A DNA stretch of 64,000 nt from positions 121,519 to 185,518 of the forward strand of contig CAWJBX010000010.1 of NCBI GenBank assembly GCA_963841195.1, written 5' to 3'. The notes below the pieces were generated by a model. That model had not been told where the DNA came from. It did no database searches and saw only the letters and a list, made by a program, of their open reading frames with translations. This stretch comes from an uncultured Actinomycetes bacterium. Its GTDB lineage: Bacteria; Actinomycetota; Acidimicrobiia; IMCC26256; PALSA-610. The first letter of the stretch is position 1. Every line of letters begins with the position of its first letter. This document shows, one piece after another, positions 50,322 to 59,316 of the stretch. A program made the translations under genes and the position numbers.

Positions 50322-51578
50322 TTACGGAAGGCCGGCGCAGCGACCGCCCCACGGTGCCGCACCTTGTTGGTGATACAGGAAGAGCGCGAGCTCGTCCTGA
50401 TCATGCGGTGCAGCTTGCGCGGGATCGACACCGATGAGATCGGGCCGGCCCGCCGCGGCGGCAATGTTGTTCCACGTCGACTGTAGGAATTGGTACGCAC
50501 CGCGGTAACGACCGTCGGGGCTCACGGCGCGGTAACCACCAGCCGAGTCCGACTCGTGCGCACGCGTGCACACGAGGAACGGGTCTTGGCTGATGTCGAC
50601 GACCGGATCCGGCGGCGGCGGGGGCATGTACCCACGCACCAGCCACGCACCACTGCCGTGCCGCGCCGCGATCGCGACTGCGGGATGCAGCATCACGGTG
50701 CCGTCGGCAGGTGTGCCAACCGAAGGCTGGCCACCGAAACCGGCGACGCTGCCGTCAGTGTGGGCGACGACGTAGCCGTGGCCGTCGGGGTCGACCCCGA
50801 TGCCTACCGACCGGTGCACGCCGTCGACTGACGAGCCTTCGAAACGCGCGTTGCCGTACGTGAACACACCACCGTCGGCCTCGAGCAGGTAGTACCCGTC
50901 GCCGGTCGGCGAAGCGGCGATCCCGACGAACGGAGCGGCGTGCCACGTCGACGCGGCCGAGCCCGCGAACTTTGCGTTCCCGAACGCGAACACACCACCG
51001 TCCGAAGCGACGAGCCAGTAGCCGCCACCGTCAGGCGTTGCCGCGATACCAGTGATCGGGCCGTTCAACGGAAGACCACCGTCGTGGTAACCGCCGAGCG
51101 ATCCGAAGAAACCGGCGTCGCCATAACTGAACACACCACCGTCGGCGGCAACGAGCCAGTAACCCTTGCCACTCGGCGTGCGCGTGATCCCAACGACCGG
51201 ACCTACGAGCGGCAGGCCCGCGGCACCGCCCTCGTAGCGCGCGTCGCCTTTCGCGAACACGCCACCGTCAGCGGCCGCGGCCCAGTAGCCATGACCGGAC
51301 GGCGTCGATGCGATCGCAACGAGCGGCGCGTTCAGCGCGAGACCGGGGTCGGGACCGTACGCGGGTGCACCCGACACGGCACGCACGCTGTTCGCCGCGG
51401 CATCGGTTGCCGCGCCGGATGTTGTTGCGCCGTACACGGCAGCCCCGCCGGCGAACGTCAACGTTGCAAGCAACGTGACGATGCGCGCGACCGGACGACG
51501 CACAAGCGGGGTGCGACGCGACGCGCGCGGCAACGCGTCAGTCGCATCGTTTCGTTTGAAGTTCGGCCTCCTGGCCAT
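50322..51578 (-). CDS. secreted repeat protein with C-terminal Rpf/transglycosylase-like domain
   Basis: Signal/TM segment IVTLLATLTFAGGAAVYG. Four to six GYW-x4-DGGVF-x-G-x-A-x-F-x-G repeats. C-terminal CTRAHESDSAGGY...YQFLQSTW...PWGGRC. Confidence 0.75.
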   Translation of the reverse strand: MARRPNFKRNDATDALPRASRRTPLVRRPVARIVTLLATLTFAGGAAVYGATTSGAATDAAANSVRAVSGAPAYGPDPGLALNAPLVAIASTPSGHGYWAAAADGGVFAKGDARYEGGAAGLPLVGPVVGITRTPSGKGYWLVAADGGVFSYGDAGFFGSLGGYHDGGLPLNGPITGIAATPDGGGYWLVASDGGVFAFGNAKFAGSAASTWHAAPFVGIAASPTGDGYYLLEADGGVFTYGNARFEGSSVDGVHRSVGIGVDPDGHGYVVAHTDGSVAGFGGQPSVGTPADGTVMLHPAVAIAARHGSGAWLVRGYMPPPPPDPVVDISQDPFLVCTRAHESDSAGGYRAVSPDGRYRGAYQFLQSTWNNIAAAAGRPDLIGVDPAQAAPHDQDELALFLYHQQGAAPWGGRCAGLP

Positions 51579-51817
51579 TGCGGTGTTCCTCTCTCAGGAC
51601 GCGAACCGACCGGCTGGTTGGTTCGGGAAGCGCCGCGACCAGGGCGAAGGCACGGCGGATGGCCGAGGAAGGTAGGAGGACGAAAGGTCTGCTGCCGAAC
51701 CCGGACTGGCTGTTGACTGCGCCAAATAGTCATTGAGGACTAGGCGATGATCACCGCCCTGGGCACGGAGTCGCGGGCCGTCTAGCCCGGCCGCGTCATT
51801 TTTCGGGCGCCGAATGG

Positions 51818-52243
51818 TTGCGCGAACAATCGCCCCAGACGGGCACACCCGTCACTGGGTCCGGGCTTTGGGCCGAAATCCGCGCGATCGCCCTGGGACG
51901 GGTCAAGAATGCGCCCGTGGCGTACGCGGGGGCGCAACTCGTCGGTGTCGACGGTCGCACGATCGCGCTCGTAGAAGACACGGATCTCGTCGAAGTCCTC
52001 GACGCGGATGGCAAGCGCACGGTGATGTCGTTGCGTCACGCGGACCGCAAGATCACCGCGGCATTCGGTAAAGCCGCGCCCGACTACAAGCTCGTCGCGC
52101 TCAGCGCCGCAGCCGCGGCGTTGTTCGTCTGGGCGGTCAGCCGCCGACCGCGCTCGAGTTCGCGGAGCTCGTTCAACAAGAACACTTCGGAGCGAATCAG
52201 GCTGCGCCAGTCGCCGAGATGCAAGCTCTCGTTCTCGCCGTGA
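51818..52243 (+). CDS. hypothetical protein (uncertain start and end)
   Basis: Plus-strand frame has coding-like composition and GC3 (LWAEIRAIALGRVKNAPVAYAGAQLVGVDGRTIALVEDTD...). The 3' part overlaps the convergent M20 gene end. Confidence 0.3.
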   Translation: MREQSPQTGTPVTGSGLWAEIRAIALGRVKNAPVAYAGAQLVGVDGRTIALVEDTDLVEVLDADGKRTVMSLRHADRKITAAFGKAAPDYKLVALSAAAAALFVWAVSRRPRSSSRSSFNKNTSERIRLRQSPRCKLSFSP

Positions 52244-53542
52244 ATCCGGCTGTGCGGGTCGTCGGGCCCCATGAGCAATGCGGGAATCCCCCCGAACGCG
52301 TCGGCGAACGGCCCGACGAACGGGATCGATCCCCCGATGCCCATCAACACGGGTGCGACGCCGAATCCTTTGTGCAACGCGCGCGTCGCGGCTTCGAATG
52401 CCGGACCGGTCGGATCGGTCTCCCACGCGGGCGCGCCTTCGAGCGGCGTGATCGTGCACTCGAGACCCCAGGGAACGTGGGCTTCCACGTGGGCGCGCGA
52501 AAGCCGCGATCACCCGCTCCGGATCCTGGCCGGGACCGATCCGCATCGAAACCCGCGCCGCCGCTTGCGCAACGATCTGATTCGACGACCCTTTGATCGG
52601 ATGACCGTCGATCCCGATGACCGTCACCGTCGGCCGGAGCCACAGCCGTTCGTGCAGCGTCGTCGCCGGATTACCGACAAGCTCGACACCCGGCCGCATG
52701 CCCATCGTGTGCGCGAATGCGCCGAGCTTGTCGTCGAGGCCTTCGATCGGCGCGCGCTCGGCCGGCGTTGGGTGCCGCAAGCCGTCGTACGCGCCCGCGA
52801 ACGCCGGGTCGCCGTGCTCGTCGACAAGTGATGCCAGCACACGCGCCAACGCCATGACCGGATCGGGCACCGCGCCTCCGACGACGCCCGAGTGCTGCGG
52901 CCCGTCGAGCGCGCGCAGTTCGATGTCGGCCGCGGCGAGTCCGCGTAGTGAATAGGTGAGGCCGGGAACGCCGACCTCCCAGTTGCCGGCGTCGGCGAGC
53001 ACGAGCACGTCGGAGCGCAACTCTTCGAGATGTGCGGTGAGGAACCGGTGCAACGTCGGCGAGCCGATCTCTTCTTCGCCCTCGACGAGCACGCGCACGT
53101 TGCACGGCAACGAGCCGGAACTCGAAAGCCACGCACCAACCGCGAATGCGTGCGCGACGGCGCCGGCTTTGTCGTCGGCGGCGCCGCGCCCGTAGAGCCG
53201 ACCGTCCCGCTCGTCGGGGACGAACGGGTCGCTCGCCCAATTCGCGACGACGCCGGGCGGCTGCACGTCGTGATGCGCATACAACAAAACGGTGGGCGCG
53301 CCCGCGGGTGCGTGCATCCATTCGCCGATCACGAACGGCTGCGAACCTTCGACGCCGGCGATGCGCACGTTTTCCAGCCCGTGCGAACCCAATAACGCCG
53401 CCGTTGCTTCAGCACTCTCCTGCACCTGCGCGGCCCGTTCCGGATCGGCGCTGATGCTCGGGATCCGCACGAGCGCTTCGAGTTCGGCGCGGGCATCGTC
53501 GAGCGCGGCGTCGACAGCTTCGGCGGCGGCCTCAACACTCAC
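52084..53542 (-). pseudogene. M20 family dipeptidase/peptidase, frameshift near 52495
   Basis: LLYAHHDVQP, GRGAADDKAG and VLVEGEEEIGS are in the 5' frame. GGSIPFV...HSRIHGENES is in the 3' frame. Start taken at GTG 53542. Confidence 0.8.
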
Positions 53543-53568
53543 GGCCGGGCACGCTATCGCCGGTCGAA

Positions 53569-54342
53569 TCAGAAGGTTGCGCCGAAACGGGCCTGCAAGC
53601 GCTGCATGCCGCGAATCCAACGCTGGTAATCGGACGCTTTGCGCCGGAAGTACTCGAGGACTTCCGGGTGCGGAAGGATCAGGAACGTCTCGGCGGCCAG
53701 GCCGGCAACCACCGCATCCGCCACCGCTTCCGGCTCGAGCATGCCGTCGACACCGGCGACTCCGCCGTTCTCGACGCCCGCGGTCATCGCCGTGCGCACC
53801 GCCTGGGGTGCCAGCACCGACACCCGGATGCCTTGTTCCCCGTACGTGATCGCGAGCCATTCCGCGAACGCGAGCGCGGCGTGTTTCGTCACCGAATACG
53901 GAGCGCTCCCGATCTGCGTCAGCAGCCCGGCCGCCGACGCGGTCTGCAACAGGTAGCCCTCGCCCCGTTCGATCATGCGCGGGACGAGAACGCGCGCTGC
54001 ATATATATGTGCGAGCACGTTGACGCCGATGCTGCGCTCCCACACGCGGTCGGACGCTTCGGCGCCGCCCGGCACGACGATCCCGGCGTTCGAACAGAAC
54101 AAGTCGATCGGACCGAAGCGGTCTTCGGCCGTGTCGATGAGCGCCGCGATTTCGCTCTCGCTCGTCACGTCGCAGTGAACGGCGAGCCCGTCGGCATCGG
54201 ACGCGACCGCCGCGAGATTGGCGTCTTGCACGTCGGCCACGACGACAGCCCGCGCCCCTTCGGCATGAAAACGGCGCGCCAGCGCGGCGCCGATTCCGGA
54301 TGCGCCGCCGGTGACGACGACATGTTTCCCGTCAAGCCTCAT
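53569..54342 (-). CDS. short-chain dehydrogenase/reductase (SDR)
   Basis: [13 protein letters not shown] and YSVTKHA motifs. ATGA overlap with the thrB-like stop. Confidence 0.9.
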   Translation of the reverse strand: MRLDGKHVVVTGGASGIGAALARRFHAEGARAVVVADVQDANLAAVASDADGLAVHCDVTSESEIAALIDTAEDRFGPIDLFCSNAGIVVPGGAEASDRVWERSIGVNVLAHIYAARVLVPRMIERGEGYLLQTASAAGLLTQIGSAPYSVTKHAALAFAEWLAITYGEQGIRVSVLAPQAVRTAMTAGVENGGVAGVDGMLEPEAVADAVVAGLAAETFLILPHPEVLEYFRRKASDYQRWIRGMQRLQARFGATF

Positions 54343-55166
54343 GTTTCGCTCCCCTGCATCACAATTGCTCCCTCGTCGTCAATCGGCAAGACGAGGGCCC
54401 GACCATTCGGTGGCAACGCCGCCGCCACCGCTTCCGCGCGGGACGGTTCGGCGAACGCGGCCGCCGTCGGGCCCGATCCCGAAAGCCACGCCGCGCACGC
54501 GCCCGCTTGCAAGGCGGCGTTGATCGCACCTCTCGTGTCGGGTGCGCGGGCGAGGCGCCGATCCTGGTGCAGCCGGTCCTCGGTCGCGACGCCGAGCACC
54601 GTCGTATCCCCGGCCGCCAGCCCGGCAACCAGCAACGCGGTGCGACCGACGTTGAACGCGGCATCGGCAAACGGAACCTCGTCGGCCAGCAACCGGCGCG
54701 CGCCGGCGGTCGCGGTTTCGTGGTCCGGGATCCACACGACGAGCGCGAGCTCGCAGCCGCGCGGCACGCGTACTGCATGGCCCGCGGCGACAGCGACGAC
54801 GCCGCCGAACAACGACGCGGCGACGTTGTCGGCGTGGCCTTCGAGCTCGGCGGCGCGCGCGAGCACGGCGGCACGCACGCTCGCTACGGATTCACCCTGC
54901 TGGGCGGCGGCCGCGAGCAACCCGCCGACGCGCGCCGCGCCGGAAAAGCCCAGGCCGCGGCCACCGGGAACCTGCGAGCGCACGAACAACGGTCCGGTGC
55001 CGCCGGCGGCGCGAAAGGCGCGAACCGCGGGATGCGTCTCGGTTTCCGGCCGCTCCCCCTCGTCGGCCACCTCCAAGAAGATTCCGGCCGCGACCGCAAG
55101 CGCATCGAACGCCGGTCCGAGATTCGCCGACGACGCCGGAACCTTCACTCGCCAACCGGTACGCAC
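54339..55166 (-). CDS. thrB: homoserine-kinase-like GHMP kinase
   Basis: [26 protein letters not shown] and [12 protein letters not shown] match ThrB signature blocks. 275 aa. Confidence 0.7.
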   Translation of the reverse strand: MRTGWRVKVPASSANLGPAFDALAVAAGIFLEVADEGERPETETHPAVRAFRAAGGTGPLFVRSQVPGGRGLGFSGAARVGGLLAAAAQQGESVASVRAAVLARAAELEGHADNVAASLFGGVVAVAAGHAVRVPRGCELALVVWIPDHETATAGARRLLADEVPFADAAFNVGRTALLVAGLAAGDTTVLGVATEDRLHQDRRLARAPDTRGAINAALQAGACAAWLSGSGPTAAAFAEPSRAEAVAAALPPNGRALVLPIDDEGAIVMQGSET

Positions 55167-55210
55167 GGGCCCAGCCTCTCATCAGGCGCGTGCATTCGTG
55201 AACCCGGCGG

Positions 55211-55540
55211 GTGCATGGCGCGATTGGTGCGCGCCGCGGCGTTATCTTCAATGCCGTGCAGCAGCGGCAGTGTGCGCGCCCCGGATGTACCGCAACGGCG
55301 ACCGCGACGTTTACCTTCGACGCCGAGGAACAAACGGTGTGGCTCGACCAACCAGATGACAAAGGTGCGCGCGCCGGTGAGCTTTGCGAGCGCCACGCCG
55401 AGGTCTTGACGCTGCCGCGCGGTTGGCGTCTCGACGATCGCCGCGGCAAACGCGACGCGGCGGCTCACGAATTGGCAAACGTGCTCGACGCGCATAGCCC
55501 GCTCCTTGCGCGCGCGTTCCGCAACGCCGGCGCGGTTTGA
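55211..55540 (+). CDS. DUF3499 family protein (short paralogue)
   Basis: CARPGCTATATATFTFD...LCERHAEVLTLPRGWRLDD...SPLLARAF. The true start may be GTG 55256. Confidence 0.7.
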   Translation: MHGAIGARRGVIFNAVQQRQCARPGCTATATATFTFDAEEQTVWLDQPDDKGARAGELCERHAEVLTLPRGWRLDDRRGKRDAAAHELANVLDAHSPLLARAFRNAGAV

Positions 55541-55662
55541 GCAAAGCCGTACTAGATGCGACATACTCAGTGTTCTCGGGGGGAGCACACTGGTGGGGCC
55601 ATGACACAAGCGAATCGAACGAGCGCGCGCGGCGCGGCTCGCCGGGAGGTGATCCCCCCAAC

Positions 55663-56286
55663 ATGATTCCCGGCCCGAATTGGGGTCGGCGGTACGGATC
55701 GCATCACCGAAGGCTGTGCGCGCGCCCCGGTTGTGGCGCGATTGCCGCCGCGACGCTGCGGTTCCTGCCGACCCAGCGCGAAGCATGGCTCGTCGAACTC
55801 GACGACACGAGCCCGCGCACCGAAGGCGATTTGTGCGCGCGCCATGCCGCGGGGCTGGTGTTGCCGCGTGGTTGGCAACTGCACGACGAACGCATCGAAC
55901 GACCCGAGAACCGCGACGACTTGCCGCCGCCGCCCAAGCCGCGCCGTCCGACGCGCGCCCGGCGCCCGTTGCGCGCGGTTCCTGGGCCGCAACCGCAACT
56001 CGATCTCGCAGACACCGAAGAAGAGGCGTTGGAAGTCGTCGAGGTCGTCGAAATCGAAGTGGAAGTCGTCGAGGTCGAAGTCTCGGAAACGGTCGAAGTC
56101 GAACCGCCCGAAGACGAAGAAGAAGAAGAAGACGAAGACGAAGACGAGGAAGAAGCAGGCGAGTCGACGTCCGAACTGCTCGAGGTTCCGCCGATCGCCG
56201 ATCTCGAAGACGTGTTCGACGCGCAAACTCCCTTGCTGAAACGCGCGTTCGAAAACGTCTGGCCGCTCGACGGCGAACCTAAGTAG
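55663..56286 (+). CDS. DUF3499 family protein with acidic EV-repeat/poly-E insertion
   Basis: CARPGCGAIAAATLRF...LCARHAAGLVLPRGWQLHD, then EVVEVVEIEVEVVEVEVSETVEVEPPEDEEEEEDEDEDEEE, ending TPLLKRAF. Confidence 0.75.
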   Translation: MIPGPNWGRRYGSHHRRLCARPGCGAIAAATLRFLPTQREAWLVELDDTSPRTEGDLCARHAAGLVLPRGWQLHDERIERPENRDDLPPPPKPRRPTRARRPLRAVPGPQPQLDLADTEEEALEVVEVVEIEVEVVEVEVSETVEVEPPEDEEEEEDEDEDEEEAGESTSELLEVPPIADLEDVFDAQTPLLKRAFENVWPLDGEPK

Positions 56287-57421
56287 CGACGCGGCTCGAG
56301 GGTCGCACGTGCGCGGGTGTCACCGCGACGAACAACGCGGTACCGGCGAGCACGATCAGCCCGACGCGCAGGCCGAAAAGGGCCGAGAACAAGCCCACGA
56401 TCGGGGGCCCGGCGACCATCCCGAGGTAGCCGCTGGCGGTCACACCGCCGATTGCGAGCGCCGGGTGGCGCGCTTCGTTGTTGACGTCGGCGAGCAACAA
56501 CGGCCACACGACGCTGATGCCAACCGAAGCAACCGCCAGGCCGACCGCGGCAACGACGGGGTTCGTGCTCAACGCTTCGAGCGCGATCCCGCCGCACGAA
56601 AGTCCGGCCCCGAGCGCGACCGCGCGTCGCGTCCCGAGCGCGCCGAACATCGGGCCGCCCGCGATGCGGGTCACGGTCGCAAGCGTTGCGCCCGCGACGT
56701 ACGCACCGACACCACCTAACACGCCGACATCGAGATGGGAACGCAGGAACAACACGCCCCAGGTCGCGATGCCGCCCTCGACCATCGCCGACGCCGCGAA
56801 CACCAGCGCGAGGACGACGAGACCCTCGTGCCGTAGGCCGAGCAGCGCGCGCAACATCGACGGATGCTCGACGCGCGCCGGTTCGGGCACGCGACTTCGT
56901 CGCACGGATGCCGCGACGGCGATGCCCGCGCACGCGACACCAACCCACACTGCGCGCCACGATCCGCCGAGCCGCAGCACGACTCCGGTCGCGATGGCAC
57001 CGAAAACCGTGCCCGCGTTCCAGAGTCCGTGGAATCGCACGAGCTTGCCGGGTTCGGCGCCCAGCGCGTCGGCTGCGATCACATTCATCACGACGTCGAG
57101 CAATCCGCCGGCCGCGAGCGCGGCGATGAACAACGGGGCGAACACGCCGATGTGTGGCGCGAGCGCTTCGACGCCGACGAGGGCCGCCCAGAGGAACATC
57201 GACCGAGTCAACGTGCGGCCCGCGCCCATGCGATCCGAGATCGCACCGCCGAACGCCGCGACACCGGTCGCGGCGAGGATGCCGGCGGCCAACAACAAAC
57301 CGAGTTGGGCGTCGGTGAGGTCGAACGCCCGCTCGACGTCGATCGCGGCAACGGCCCACGCGCCGCCGTACACGCCGAACACGATGAATGACGCCGCAAC
57401 CGGGCGCAGCGACGTGTTCAC
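56279..57421 (-). CDS. MFS transporter
   Basis: About 12 predicted hydrophobic segments, with an ISDRMGAGRT loop motif. Start taken at GTG 57421. Confidence 0.75.
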   Translation of the reverse strand: MNTSLRPVAASFIVFGVYGGAWAVAAIDVERAFDLTDAQLGLLLAAGILAATGVAAFGGAISDRMGAGRTLTRSMFLWAALVGVEALAPHIGVFAPLFIAALAAGGLLDVVMNVIAADALGAEPGKLVRFHGLWNAGTVFGAIATGVVLRLGGSWRAVWVGVACAGIAVAASVRRSRVPEPARVEHPSMLRALLGLRHEGLVVLALVFAASAMVEGGIATWGVLFLRSHLDVGVLGGVGAYVAGATLATVTRIAGGPMFGALGTRRAVALGAGLSCGGIALEALSTNPVVAAVGLAVASVGISVVWPLLLADVNNEARHPALAIGGVTASGYLGMVAGPPIVGLFSALFGLRVGLIVLAGTALFVAVTPAHVRPSSRVAT

Positions 57422-57437
57422 GTGGTCGGCCAACGCG

Positions 57438-58410
57438 CTAGTGCCGGCGCAGACGGTGCGCGGCGACCTTGGCGTAGGCCTTCGCACCGGTGATCGGTGC
57501 GAACGCGTTGGAAGCCGCCGTGAGCTCGGCGATCTCCTCGTCACTCAACACGAGATCGGCCGCCGCGCAGTTCGATTCGAGTTGCGCGACGCTGCTCGCA
57601 CCGGGAATCGCCACGACGTTCGGATGGCTGACGACCCACGCGAGCGCGACTTGGCTCGCAGTTGCGTCGTGCACCTTGGCCACCGTTTTCAGCGTCTCGA
57701 TGAGGTCGTTCGCACTCACGACATTGTCCGGCAAGAACAACGGGTCGTTCGCGCGCGCCGAGTCACGCGGCAGGTCGGCCGCGTTATAACGACCGGAGAG
57801 CAAGCCCTTCGCGAGCGGGCTGTATGCGATCACGAGCCGGTCGTTGGCCTGCGCGTACGGAACGAGCTCGGTATCGGGCTTGCGTACGGCCAAGCTGTAT
57901 TGCACTTGATTCGAGAACACCGGCGCGTGCAACGCCTTTTCGGCGGCCCGCCAACGCGCGAGGTTGTAGTTGCTCACGCCCGCGTGCTTCACGATGCCGG
58001 CGTCGAGCAGTCGCTTCATGCCCCGCATTTGTTCGGCGATGGGCACGAGCGGGTTCGGCCAGTGCATTTGATACAGGTCGATCGCGTCGACACCCAGCCG
58101 TTCGGCGCTCGCGCGCCCATGCTTTTCGATCACGCTCGCCAACGGCGAGATGGGTGCGAACTTGGTTGCGACGAACACGTCGTCGCGGCGGCCCACGATG
58201 GCGCGGCCGACAATCCGTTCCGATTCGTTCTTGCCGTAGAGCTCGGCGGTGTCGACGAGATTCACGCCGAGCGCAAGCGCGCGGTCGAGGATCTTGCCCG
58301 CCTCGTTCTCGCGCGTAGTCGGCGCCGTAGCCCCAGTCCTTCGAACCGAACTGCCAGGTGCCGAGCCCGATCACCGACAACCGGACACCGTTGACCTCGA
58401 CATAGCGCAT
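57438..58410 (-). pseudogene. aldo/keto reductase, frameshift near 58300
   Basis: N-terminus MRYVEVNGVRLSVIGLGTWQFG is in one frame. VDTAELYG...IDLYQMHWP...GVSNY...IPGASS is in the other. Confidence 0.85.
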
Positions 58411-58419
58411 GAGCGCAGC

Positions 58420-58867
58420 CTAGGTGACGAGCTTTTCGATGTTCTCGAGCGTCCGCGTCATGCTGGTGAGCGTCTTCTTGCGGGCGGGCGCAACCATCCA
58501 CTTGAACCGCTCTTGGGAGATATCCCACGACTCGCGCCACGCGCGTTCCGCCGTCGACCGGCTCCAACTCGTAGCGCCAGATGCGCCCGCCCCCGAACTT
58601 GCCGCCGATGCCCGGCGGCTTCGACTGCCACGCGATGCGCCGGTTCTCGTCGAACTCGATGATCGTGCTCTCCATCGAATACGGGATACCGAGCTTCATG
58701 CTCATCCCGAACTTCGAACCGAGCGCGAGTCGCTGCGACGGCTCCTTCGACGCGACGACCGAACCGGAACCGTCGATGTCGTGATGGCGTGCGGGATCGG
58801 CCAGCAGGTCAAAGATCTTCTCGGGCGGCGCGGCAATCACGCGCTCGACACTCTCTACATCGCTCAT
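58420..58867 (-). pseudogene. SRPBCC (START/polyketide-cyclase-like) family protein, frameshift near 58560
   Basis: MSDVESVERVIAAPPEKIFDLLADPARHH... then the C-terminus ERAWRESWDISQERF...LENIEKLVT is in another frame. ATGA overlap with the VOC stop. Confidence 0.7.
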
Positions 58868-59316
58868 TGATACCCCTGCGCTTCGAGTGCCTGACGGTAC
58901 GTCATGGGCAACAGTTCCACCATTTGACCGTCGGGGTCGCGCACGAACACGGCCGCCCCGATGTTGGAACCCTCGACGACCTCGCCGCCGAACTCGACGA
59001 CGCGCGCGCACGACGCGTCGATGTCGTCGACCGAGACCGAGATGTGGGTGAGACCGGGCTCGTTCATCGTTCGGGCCCGGTAGGGCTGGGTCTGCCCCGC
59101 GGCCGCGTAAGAACAGGAGTTCCAGCACGAGCCCGTCGCGCACGAGATACGCGGCAGTCATGCCCACGGGCGGCGTCAGCGACATCAACTGCGCCGATCC
59201 CTCGTCCGGCGGCTGGATCTCCCGTTCGACGGCGAAGCCCAACGCTTCGACATAGAAACGCTTCGAGCGTTCGAGGTCGGTGACGCACTGCCCGACGTGG
59301 TTGAACGCGAACTCAC
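58864..59316 (-). pseudogene. glyoxalase/VOC family protein, frameshifted
   Basis: FAFNHVGQCVTDLERSKRFYVEALGF and GLTHISVSVDDIDASCARV...VRDPDGQMVELL are in two frames. GTG 59316 forms a GTGA overlap with the upstream stop. Confidence 0.75.

Noticed and set aside
51579-51817. A possible ydaO-type (cyclic-di-AMP) riboswitch in the roughly 240-nt region upstream of the Rpf-like gene, as is known for some actinobacterial rpf genes.
   Set aside because: Reading the minus strand, I could not find the conserved G-rich/ACCC and GGUGAAUC-type blocks. Only a good SD (GAGAGGAA) is evident. A covariance-model search would be needed to be certain.
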